Shown here: positions 8,048-16,369 of the stretch, in pieces
Numbering within the stretch: position 1 is the stretch's first letter
How the letters are laid out: each line of letters begins with the position of its first letter
Source: a virus
IMG/VR virus record: IMGVR_UViG_3300042902_000028
Location: 1 to 37,317 of that record
Direction: 5' to 3' (one strand)
Length of the DNA stretch: 37,317 bases
Position numbers and translations under genes: made by a program
Notes under the pieces: generated by a model
What the model was told of the DNA's origin: nothing
The model's database searches: none
What the model saw: the letters and a program-made list of their open reading frames with translations, nothing else

Positions 8048-8988
8048 TAAAAAACCTTAATCATGGATGGTTGGATATGCTTCCCGTTTGCACAAATAAT
8101 AGACTTTGACAAATCAGAGTCAATACCAGTTAATTGACCCACACCAATACACAAATATTCAAGCTCTGGAAATTCGTTAAAAAATAACCTTACTTTAATG
8201 CTGGACAGTCTATTTATTGAGTAAGGGTTTTGAATTAAATTGCCATTTATATCTCTAAGGCTAAATAGGATATGTGAGTTTTCATCAATATAAGAGCCTA
8301 TATCATCATCAAAGGTAACATCCATTGCTCGCGAGTAGCCTTTTGCGTCTATGGCTTTTGCTCCCAAAGTGATAGTAGGTGCGGAACTTAAGTAGTTCTG
8401 AATATTCTCAGCTAAGTCGTGACATAGATTAACTTGTCCAGTTGAAGAGTAGTGAACAACGTCCTCTAGCTCCCGCATGTAACTATGAGCCATGACTTCA
8501 ACATTTCTCATTTCTTTTGCGGTATCTATAGATGCCATACGCACTAAGTGGAAGCCTTTATCTTTATTCTCTAAACGCCTACCTATAGTAGCCACAACAA
8601 CTAAATCGCAGTACCCTAAAAACTGGTCAAACAGGTACTTCAACCCATCTTTATACTCAGCCTTACCTTCTGCATTTATTATTCTAGTAGCATCCTGCTC
8701 ACCTTGTATCCAGATAATAACATCAGGCTTATTAACTTCCATTTGAGCCTTTGCGGATGATAGTAAGTTACCATCAACCACTCCACCAGTGCTGGTCTTA
8801 ATCAACCAGTAGTTGTCTGGTGTACTAGTAGACGCGTTAAAGTGGAGCAATGCAGACCCGCCTACAGCGGAAAAGGATACCTCACAGGGATTTCCTATCT
8901 CATCAAATGTATTTGTTAATTCAGCTATTGCTTGATTATTACCTTTAAGCCTTGCCGCGTTAGATTGCCCTGCTATTAATATTTTCAT
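8047..8988 (-). CDS. SGNH/SASA-type carbohydrate (O-acetyl) esterase, probable tail-associated receptor-modifying enzyme
   Basis: N-terminal ILIAGQSNA (the GQSN catalytic-Ser block of the sialate O-acetylesterase/DUF303 family) and VIIWIQGEQDA (WxQGE block). Directly downstream of the fibre gene. Confidence 0.6.
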   Translation of the reverse strand: MKILIAGQSNAARLKGNNQAIAELTNTFDEIGNPCEVSFSAVGGSALLHFNASTSTPDNYWLIKTSTGGVVDGNLLSSAKAQMEVNKPDVIIWIQGEQDATRIINAEGKAEYKDGLKYLFDQFLGYCDLVVVATIGRRLENKDKGFHLVRMASIDTAKEMRNVEVMAHSYMRELEDVVHYSSTGQVNLCHDLAENIQNYLSSAPTITLGAKAIDAKGYSRAMDVTFDDDIGSYIDENSHILFSLRDINGNLIQNPYSINRLSSIKVRLFFNEFPELEYLCIGVGQLTGIDSDLSKSIICANGKHIQPSMIKVF

Positions 8989-8996
8989 AACTACCT

Positions 8997-10064
8997 TTAT
9001 CTGCCCATTACTATGAAGTTGAAGTTTACGTTGGCATCTGAAGCACCGCTATAGCCTGCCACAGGAAAGTTTACAGTTGTAGCACCGCCATCTAACTGAA
9101 CAGACCTTTGTGCGCTTGATTGTGATGTGAGTATTACGATTGGGTCTGATATTTGTATTGGGTACGGTATGGTTGAACCTGTTGCGCCTGTTGCGCCACT
9201 ACCTCTAGCCACTATGTCACCGTTAGGGTAGACCGTAAAAGAGCCATTACTACTTGATCCAACTATAGATCCATCAGGATATATCGTAGCAACAGGTGTT
9301 GTACCGATAATGCCTACAGCCGTTAAAGCCGCGCCAGTAAGTGAAACACCAGACCAGTTTTGCCCTGCTGTTACCACGCCTGTTGTTGCCATTACCTTAT
9401 CAACATCAAGTTCATTAATAGCGGCTTGTACATTAGTTGCGGCTATATTGCCTGCTGGTGTGTTGGTTATATTAGATGCAATCAAGTCAGCATCAAGTAC
9501 AGTTGTAGCATCATATGCTTGAACAGAAACTCCTATATCCACATCTTTAAGGATAGTAGCATCTGCTGGTTCAGCCCCTATACCACTCAAAACTTGAGCA
9601 GGAGTCTGAAACTCCATAGCAGACTCGCCTGAAGCCAGTCTAACGAAGTTTAAAGCATTACCCGATAGGGTAGGGTAGGTAGGTATAGTTAAGGCGCTTG
9701 CTGCAGCTTCTGAGGCGCTTGTAGCAGCATTACCAGCTTGTGTTGTTGCTATGCCAGCTTGAGTAGTTGCTGTAGTAGCATTAGTACCACTACTGACCAC
9801 ATCTGCATTAGTTAAGACTACATCAGCATGAGTTAATACAACATCAGCGTGTGTAAGCACTACATCCGCATTAGTTAATACTACATCAGCCGCTGTATAA
9901 ATAGCATCAGCATCAGCTAGACCCTCGCTAACAAGAGCCTCAGCCGCACTAACTGCACTCGCAGTAGCAGAAGCCTCAGCCGCTAACCTAGCCGCTGTAA
10001 TCTCTTCTGGGGAGGCTACACTAACACCACCCCCAACTGTATCAGACCCTCTATATATAGTCAT
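8997..10064 (-). CDS. Tail fibre protein with heptapeptide repeats
   Basis: Ala/Ser-rich N-terminal region (AARLAAEASATASAVSAAEA), ADVVLT[NH] tandem repeats and a Gly/Thr-rich C-terminus. Lies in the tail module. Confidence 0.6.
   Translation of the reverse strand: MTIYRGSDTVGGGVSVASPEEITAARLAAEASATASAVSAAEALVSEGLADADAIYTAADVVLTNADVVLTHADVVLTHADVVLTNADVVSSGTNATTATTQAGIATTQAGNAATSASEAAASALTIPTYPTLSGNALNFVRLASGESAMEFQTPAQVLSGIGAEPADATILKDVDIGVSVQAYDATTVLDADLIASNITNTPAGNIAATNVQAAINELDVDKVMATTGVVTAGQNWSGVSLTGAALTAVGIIGTTPVATIYPDGSIVGSSSNGSFTVYPNGDIVARGSGATGATGSTIPYPIQISDPIVILTSQSSAQRSVQLDGGATTVNFPVAGYSGASDANVNFNFIVMGR
9799..9903. repeat. Five tandem 21-bp units inside the fibre gene
   Basis: Units read on the + strand are acatctgcattagttaagact, acatcagcatgagttaataca, acatcagcgtgtgtaagcact, acatccgcattagttaatact and acatcagccgctgtataaata. 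They encode ADVVLT[NH] repeats. Confidence 0.85.
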
Positions 10065-10080
10065 TATATACCTTTATGTT

Positions 10081-10386
10081 TTATTTTGTAAATATGAAGA
10101 AACTACCAACTATACCAGTTAACACAAGTGTTAGAATAGTTGCCATAGACTTTTTTAGTAGCCCAACACCCATATCATAAATAGGTATCTTACTGTCTAT
10201 GGCATCAATACGTCTATCTAACCCCTTAAGAAACTCTGATTGATTATTGAGTCTACTCTCTATAGTTTGAAGGACAATCTCAACACGGACAAGCTCAGTA
10301 ACAGCATCAATAAGTTTATCTATCTTAATTTCCATCCTATCAATTCTCTTATCCATAGCTCGTTTCTCTATTATATCTTCATCCAT
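10081..10386 (-). CDS. Coiled-coil protein with C-terminal transmembrane anchor
   Basis: 101 aa. Charged heptad-like N-terminal part and a hydrophobic tail ATILTLVLTGIVGSFFIF. ATG overlaps the upstream stop. Confidence 0.5.
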   Translation of the reverse strand: MDEDIIEKRAMDKRIDRMEIKIDKLIDAVTELVRVEIVLQTIESRLNNQSEFLKGLDRRIDAIDSKIPIYDMGVGLLKKSMATILTLVLTGIVGSFFIFTK

Positions 10387-12593
10387 TACCGTTGTTGCCC
10401 TTGTTGGTCTTTAAAAGGTATTCTTGTAGGTATGCTACTTTCATTAGAAAGAACACCAGAGGTATTAGCCCCTGCCTGTAGAGCAGTACCACCAACTTTA
10501 TTGCCGTAGTTATTCAATACTTTCTGCAATACAGATTGTCCAGCTACAACCCTTTGAACACCTTGACTAGAAAAACCACCACCTGCCGCCGCACCAGTAA
10601 AAAGATTACCAAGACCTAATGCTAGGGTAGCCGCTAATCTTGTAAAGGTAGTTGCGTTATCAGTTGCAGAAGCTGATTTGATAGAGTTAACTGCTCTTTC
10701 TAATTCTTCAATCTTCTGTTTTTTAGTAGCCAATTCATCAGCATTTCTAGCTCTACGCAGGGCGACTGTTTCACCAGTCTTACCTCGTATCTTAGAAGCT
10801 TCTTGCTCGAGAGCTTTAACCTCTAATTTAGTTCTATTTACAACACTAGTAAGAGATTTCATCTTCTGTTCTTCAGCTCTTGAAACAACTAGGTTAGCTG
10901 TATCTTGAATAGATTTATCCCTTTGAACGCCTAGTATTGCAACATTATCAGCTTCACTTCTTAAAACGCCAGAACCTTGTCTTGCATCTCTTGGGGACAT
11001 TTTACCTATAGCCTGAACCCAATCATCTGCTGAAAACTCACCTTGCTTGCCAGCCTGTCTTGAAGCGGAGTTAATAGCAAGCCTTAAGGTGGAATTAGCT
11101 TTCCATTGTCCTGTTTGGGCTTCAAAGGCTGAAAGAGCTTTGCCACTAAGTTGTGATTTAACCTTAGTGTTTAAAACATCTTGCATCTCTTTAAATATAG
11201 CTTGCTCAACAGCGGCTTGACCACCAGCGTCTGATTTTGCATTAGCTAACATACCTAACCTAGAGCGAATGGCAGATAAATCTTCTCCATCTATCCACCC
11301 CTTTTGGGTTCTCTCTTTCAAAAAGTTTGTAACGTCATCAGTTAGTTTCTGAAAAGATGCTTTATCCATAGCCGCAAAATCATTCTTAAGTCTAGTCTTT
11401 ATTTCTAAACCAACAGAATCAGCATTAATTTGAAACTTACGTTCCTTTAGCATTTTAAAACCATCTCTAGCCCAAACTTCATCAAGTTTTTGCATAGCAA
11501 TATTAGGTGTTTTAGAAGTTAGTATTTCATCAATTACGTCATCCCCCATACCTTCTGGGATACTCTTTAAAACAGCTTGCGCTCTAAAGGCTCTTTCCGC
11601 CTCACTAACTGAGTCATCAATTTGTTTTGTTGCGTTCATCAGGGCTTGGTCTTTAGTGCTTTTAAAAGACTCTTTAATTAAACTTTGCTCATCTAAAGCA
11701 TTAGCTCTAACGTCTACCTTTGCATCCCGTATAATACTTACTTTATCAGCCTTAACTCTAGCTATATTAGCTTTTACAGTTTTAACAGCATCTGTTGCGT
11801 TCTTACTAGCACTCTTAAAAGAGTCTTGAGCGTTAGATAACCTAAGAGCAATAGGGTTCATTAATCTAGCTTCTTGGGATTTTAGTCTAGCACCACCACC
11901 AAATGAAGTCCCAACAACGGTCTTATAGAAACTGCCAATAGTTGCCTCTGAGGTATTCGCAGGGTCAGCGGCTATGTGCATTGGGATAAACTTATCACCC
12001 ATACCTAATTCTTGAGTTATCCTGCGTTTAGTTCCAGCATCCCAAAGCCAACCACCACCTTTCATTAGTGAACCTGTACCTACACCAAATAGAGTACCTA
12101 CAGCCGCACCCTTGAGTGTGTCACCTTCTTTAGCTGTTCCAGCTCCAGCAACACCACCACCTATCCCGGCCTTTAGAATCTGATGCCCCACCGCCTTATT
12201 TGCACCAATACCACCAGTCATAAGCCCACCAGCAATATTTAAACCTATAGAAGCTACTGGATGCTCTTGTCTATACTTAGCTTCTTCAGCATCAAGACTG
12301 TTCTTCATGTCTCTATAGATTTCAGTATAAGGTTTTTCATCACCCATCATTTTAGCAACACCAGCGGCTACTCCAGCACCTGCCTCATCACCCCAACCAA
12401 GGGTAAGACCATCTATAACCATCCTAGAAGCCATTGTAGGGTCAGAATACCAAGAACCTGTTTCTATTTGTTTCTCTCTTGTATCCTTATCAGAATATTC
12501 ATCAAAAGAGTCAAAAGAATTAGCTTGTGGTGTGGCTTGTACTTCTGGCTGTTGTTGGTTTACAGAATCAAATTCATCAAAGATATTTGCCAT
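10386..12593 (-). CDS. Large internal virion / DNA-ejection protein (putative)
   Basis: 735 aa. Gly-rich hydrophobic stretches (GLNIAGGLMTGGIGANK.., GIGGGVAGAG) and long coiled-coil regions. Position matches podovirus core proteins. No catalytic motif seen. Confidence 0.45.
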   Translation of the reverse strand: MANIFDEFDSVNQQQPEVQATPQANSFDSFDEYSDKDTREKQIETGSWYSDPTMASRMVIDGLTLGWGDEAGAGVAAGVAKMMGDEKPYTEIYRDMKNSLDAEEAKYRQEHPVASIGLNIAGGLMTGGIGANKAVGHQILKAGIGGGVAGAGTAKEGDTLKGAAVGTLFGVGTGSLMKGGGWLWDAGTKRRITQELGMGDKFIPMHIAADPANTSEATIGSFYKTVVGTSFGGGARLKSQEARLMNPIALRLSNAQDSFKSASKNATDAVKTVKANIARVKADKVSIIRDAKVDVRANALDEQSLIKESFKSTKDQALMNATKQIDDSVSEAERAFRAQAVLKSIPEGMGDDVIDEILTSKTPNIAMQKLDEVWARDGFKMLKERKFQINADSVGLEIKTRLKNDFAAMDKASFQKLTDDVTNFLKERTQKGWIDGEDLSAIRSRLGMLANAKSDAGGQAAVEQAIFKEMQDVLNTKVKSQLSGKALSAFEAQTGQWKANSTLRLAINSASRQAGKQGEFSADDWVQAIGKMSPRDARQGSGVLRSEADNVAILGVQRDKSIQDTANLVVSRAEEQKMKSLTSVVNRTKLEVKALEQEASKIRGKTGETVALRRARNADELATKKQKIEELERAVNSIKSASATDNATTFTRLAATLALGLGNLFTGAAAGGGFSSQGVQRVVAGQSVLQKVLNNYGNKVGGTALQAGANTSGVLSNESSIPTRIPFKDQQGQQR

Positions 12594-12594
12594 T

Positions 12595-14034
12595 TTAAAG
12601 TCCTAAATTTGTTAAAGCAGATTGTAGCTCTGCCCTTCTGTCTGGGTCAAAGCCATACTTATCTATAAAATCTTTCTTAATCTTAGCTTTTTCTGGAGTG
12701 TTATTAGGAACAGCATTATAAATAGTTAATGGTGTTGTACCATCTCCTTTAGAAGGGAGGTTTAATATTGCCGTATCAATCCTCTTGGCTTCTTGTTGTT
12801 GCCCAAAACCTCTTAAATCACCATTATTACTTATAAAAGAATCTCTATCCCTATAGTAGTTAGCCTCTAATCTTGATAACTTCTGGATACCTTTTAAGTA
12901 ACCAAGCCATTCTGCTCTACTAGCACTCTCTGGCGGTTGTCCAGAAAGAGCTAATGCAACGTCTTTATCAGAAGCAGGTCCGGGCGGTAGATACCTCATA
13001 GCATTTTCTGCTCTAAAGCCCCTAGCCTCAGTCAATATAGCACTTTTAACGTCACGCCAGCCTGCATTATCTTTAATAACATCTTCAAAGGAAAGTGGCA
13101 AACCACCACCAAAGTCGGGCATACTTTCCAAGCCTGCAATAGTTTGAGACACCCTACGGTCAGTTGTTAGGGCTTCATTAGAGGCTGTAAGAGATGCCAT
13201 CTGGTCTTTTTCTAAAGCGGAGGACATGCCTCCTGAGTCTTTAGGTGCAAGGAACTCTGCTACAGTTGTACCATCCTCTCTAACTAGTCTTGTAACATTT
13301 TCACCTTTATCATTCAGCATCTTTATTGGAGTTGTATTAATATCAGCTTTGTTTTTAGGTGGGCTTAACCAAGTCTCGTTTTGTAAATCATATAGCGCAC
13401 CACCTACAGTCTTATATCTATCTTTAGCAGTAAGTACATCATTTTCTTTAGGTGTGTTCTGGGCAATAATGTTACCATCAGCATCATACTGTATTTCATC
13501 CTTTTTAAGGGAGAAACCTTCTTTAACATTTGATTCAAGAGCTTTAGCATAAGCTAGTGCTTGATTAGCACCTTCTACATCACCACTCTGGTAACGCTTA
13601 CGAGCCATTTCCATCATACCCTCTTGTGTAAAAGAAGCCTCTTGCATAGCTTGTTGATTGCTAGCTGCTGGTCTCATATCGGGAGACATATTAGCCATTA
13701 AACCTTGATTCTGTTGTGCAAGGTATCTGTCTACAGCTTGCGGATTCTCTTGAAGTGTTTGACCACCAACTGATTGACTTAAACCAAAAGCACCCCCACC
13801 TTGCTCTACATTAGCATTTCTTTCTTGTGCCGCTTGTCTAGCTGGTTGTGCTTGTTGAAACTCTTCATAAGCCTTAACGTCAGGGTCTGTAAAAGCTCCA
13901 GCCGCCGCACCTGCTAAACCAACTAGACCCCTACCAATCCTATCACCATAACCACCTTGAGACTGGAGCATACTACTTAGTTTTTGTTGATTTGCTAACT
14001 TGTTAGCCTTTAATACCTCTAATGGAGTAGCCAT
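12595..14034 (-). CDS. Internal virion protein (putative)
   Basis: 479 aa, Gln/Gly-rich N-terminus. Translationally coupled with both neighbours in the same block. Assigned by position only. Confidence 0.4.
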   Translation of the reverse strand: MATPLEVLKANKLANQQKLSSMLQSQGGYGDRIGRGLVGLAGAAAGAFTDPDVKAYEEFQQAQPARQAAQERNANVEQGGGAFGLSQSVGGQTLQENPQAVDRYLAQQNQGLMANMSPDMRPAASNQQAMQEASFTQEGMMEMARKRYQSGDVEGANQALAYAKALESNVKEGFSLKKDEIQYDADGNIIAQNTPKENDVLTAKDRYKTVGGALYDLQNETWLSPPKNKADINTTPIKMLNDKGENVTRLVREDGTTVAEFLAPKDSGGMSSALEKDQMASLTASNEALTTDRRVSQTIAGLESMPDFGGGLPLSFEDVIKDNAGWRDVKSAILTEARGFRAENAMRYLPPGPASDKDVALALSGQPPESASRAEWLGYLKGIQKLSRLEANYYRDRDSFISNNGDLRGFGQQQEAKRIDTAILNLPSKGDGTTPLTIYNAVPNNTPEKAKIKKDFIDKYGFDPDRRAELQSALTNLGL

Positions 14035-14951
14035 TAAATAACCTCACTATAATCTACTTTGTAAAAACCAGATTTATCCATAGAGACAGCACTAGGTATT
14101 AGTTTCATTACTTCTTGAGCAATGACGCCATATTCAGGAGAATCAATACCCATTGACTTAGCAATCTTATTCCAAGTCCAAGAGTAGATATTAATACCAG
14201 ATTTAGTTTTACCCTCTAGTTTGATATTATCTTTTAGTCTCTTATCTGAGAATAGACCACCAACCATATCAAAGATACCACCAGACTCATTTGCTTGCTG
14301 TGTAGTCTGAGTAGGGGCTAAAGCACCATAGGTCTGCATCTGTCTTTGTAATAACTCTTCAGGAGACATCGCAGAACTAAATAACCCTGTACCTAAGTTC
14401 CCTAGAAGCTGTTGTTGTGCATTTTGTTGTTGTGCTTGACCAAGTTGCTGTCCATATTGTTGTTGCTGTCCAGCTAAACCTTGATTATAAGCATTAAACA
14501 TATTCTGAGATTGTTGTTGTCCAAAAGCATCTTGCATGTTACGTTGCTCTTGCATACCAGAAGTACCACCTAATCTACCTTGAGCAAATAGACGTTCTTC
14601 TTGGGATAACATAGCTTGGTCACGCTGTGGTTGCTGTAGACCCTCAAGTAGATTGTACTGATTCTGTACAGTACCCTGCAAATCAAAAGGGCTAGCTTGG
14701 AAGGGAGAGTTATTAAAAGCCCCTAATTGTCCTATAGCCCTATTACTAGCACCAAGTTGTTGGTTCTGAGCTTGTTGCCATTGTGGGTTAAGAGATTGAG
14801 TAAATGCACCACCCTCTGCCATACCAGTAGTACCAAGACCAGATGAACCAGTAAAAGGCATTGTAGAGGCTTCAGATGTAGACCCTGCCTCAGCAGAGCT
14901 TTTATCCATTGCACCACCTAGTACAGCGGCACCAGCCGCCCACCAAGGCAC
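14034..14951 (-). CDS. Gln-rich virion protein with C-terminal peptidase S74 intramolecular-chaperone domain
   Basis: The last 71 aa start with SDKRLKDNIK and continue ..YGVIAQEVMKLIPSAV..YKVDYSEV, the hallmark of the S74 autoprocessing chaperone domain. The upstream part is Q/G low complexity. Confidence 0.6.
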   Translation of the reverse strand: MPWWAAGAAVLGGAMDKSSAEAGSTSEASTMPFTGSSGLGTTGMAEGGAFTQSLNPQWQQAQNQQLGASNRAIGQLGAFNNSPFQASPFDLQGTVQNQYNLLEGLQQPQRDQAMLSQEERLFAQGRLGGTSGMQEQRNMQDAFGQQQSQNMFNAYNQGLAGQQQQYGQQLGQAQQQNAQQQLLGNLGTGLFSSAMSPEELLQRQMQTYGALAPTQTTQQANESGGIFDMVGGLFSDKRLKDNIKLEGKTKSGINIYSWTWNKIAKSMGIDSPEYGVIAQEVMKLIPSAVSMDKSGFYKVDYSEVI

Positions 14952-15472
14952 TAGAAGCCTCCCATAGAAAGAGAATTGTCAATAGACTTATTAAAAGAGG
15001 CAATACTCTGTGTATCTATTGCATGGGGGTCTAGCATTTGTACATTTAATTCTATTAACATTTCTGTCCTCTTTTTATTATAAGGTTCATTATAGATATA
15101 ATTCCATATCTCCTCTAATGAACTATTAAGATTGTCTATGTGAACATGTAGTCCTTTCATAGAGTCTAGCTTCTTCTTATACTTAATTGTAAGCTCTGTT
15201 GAATCTGAGTTATAAACATCTTTGCCAAACTGTATAGACTTCTCAATACCCGAGTCAATAATAACTACCTTAGAGTCTGGGAAGTATTTCTCATAGTCAA
15301 ATGTACCTAAGTAAGTATTACTATCTCCACAACCCTCTACCTTACCAATGTATTCAGTAATAGACTTACACCCATTTAGAGCTTCATGGTAGCATAGATT
15401 ATTCCCATAAGTAAGGAAGTTAGCTAACCATGCTGTTCTACTTCTTGGAAGCCCTGTAACAAAGAATGTCAT
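14951..15472 (-). CDS. Hypothetical protein with sulfotransferase-like N-terminal phosphate-binding loop
   Basis: FFVTGLPRSRTAWLANFL resembles the 5'-PSB loop (GxPRSGTTxL) of bacterial sulfotransferases. The Gly-to-Arg deviation makes this weak. Confidence 0.3.
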   Translation of the reverse strand: MTFFVTGLPRSRTAWLANFLTYGNNLCYHEALNGCKSITEYIGKVEGCGDSNTYLGTFDYEKYFPDSKVVIIDSGIEKSIQFGKDVYNSDSTELTIKYKKKLDSMKGLHVHIDNLNSSLEEIWNYIYNEPYNKKRTEMLIELNVQMLDPHAIDTQSIASFNKSIDNSLSMGGF

Positions 15473-15729
15473 TTTAATAACACCAAATCATTAGCCTTCA
15501 CCATTTCATTTCTAAAAGACTCTGTAGCCGCTGTAGTGCTTCTACTAGCCTTAGATACTTCTGTCATGAGGATAGGTTGCCATGCAATAGCACACTTCCA
15601 TTCATCATGTTCCTCGCCAGAGGCATCTACACCCTTCATCTTTACGTGCCAAGCACAACGATGGGCTTTATTATCTTTAATCTCATAACAGGTTGACCCT
15701 AAAGGGCATGTTATAATCTCATTATTCAT
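15469..15729 (-). CDS. Hypothetical Cys-rich protein
   Basis: 86 aa with CPLGSTC..HRCAWH..WKCAIAW. 4-nt overlap with the downstream gene. Confidence 0.5.
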   Translation of the reverse strand: MNNEIITCPLGSTCYEIKDNKAHRCAWHVKMKGVDASGEEHDEWKCAIAWQPILMTEVSKASRSTTAATESFRNEMVKANDLVLLK

Positions 15730-15730
15730 G

Positions 15731-16348
15731 TTAATCCTTTGATGCTAAAATCATATCGAGATACTTAGGAGTAAATGCTCCAGCACTTCCTGTATTACCA
15801 TGTGTATGAGAACCACCTCCACCAGTACTACCAGTATCGGCATTTAATATCTCTTCATAAGACTGGTCGCCAGAACTCATATTCTGGTCATTACCATCAC
15901 CTTTTCTATAGGTATGTGTATGAGCAGGCATTTCAGCAATAGTTAGAACGTGTCCAGCAGTTGTATGTACGTGAGCGGCTAGACTTATTGGACTAACCGT
16001 ACCACCAGAACCACCACCAGCCGTTGAAACTACCCTAAGCATAGCATCATTATGCGTTGTTACTTGAGTCCAACCAGTTGGTGCGGCTGATTGAAAGAAC
16101 GACATTACAGTGCCAGATACAAAAGAGATATTAGCTGGAGTAAACCCACTAGACTCTAACTGACCACTAGAGGTAAACTTAGGAATCTCACCAGTCTCAC
16201 CAGCTACCTTATTAATCTTACTAGCTACTGCAATAGCGATAGGGTCAAACTCAGCATCAAACAAAGAACCGTTGATAATCTTATTAGGGTCGCCAGATGA
16301 TAATGAATCTTTAGCCGTGAAGTTTGTTACTTTACTGTAATCTGTCAA
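15731..16348 (-). CDS. Tail fibre protein with phage tail-collar domain
   Basis: The N-terminus (NFTAKDSLSSGDPNKIINGSLFDAEFDPIA) is typical of fibre N-termini. LTIAEMPAHTHTY and GGGGSHTHGN match the tail-collar (MPxHxH) domain. Confidence 0.7.
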   Translation of the reverse strand: MTDYSKVTNFTAKDSLSSGDPNKIINGSLFDAEFDPIAIAVASKINKVAGETGEIPKFTSSGQLESSGFTPANISFVSGTVMSFFQSAAPTGWTQVTTHNDAMLRVVSTAGGGSGGTVSPISLAAHVHTTAGHVLTIAEMPAHTHTYRKGDGNDQNMSSGDQSYEEILNADTGSTGGGGSHTHGNTGSAGAFTPKYLDMILASKD

Positions 16349-16369
16349 GGGTAAACCCTCCTTATGTTA

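Noticed and set aside
9310-9632. + strand ORFs (70 and 90 aa) inside the tail fibre gene
   Set aside because: They are antisense shadows of an Ala/Thr/Val-rich fibre gene and have no independent support.
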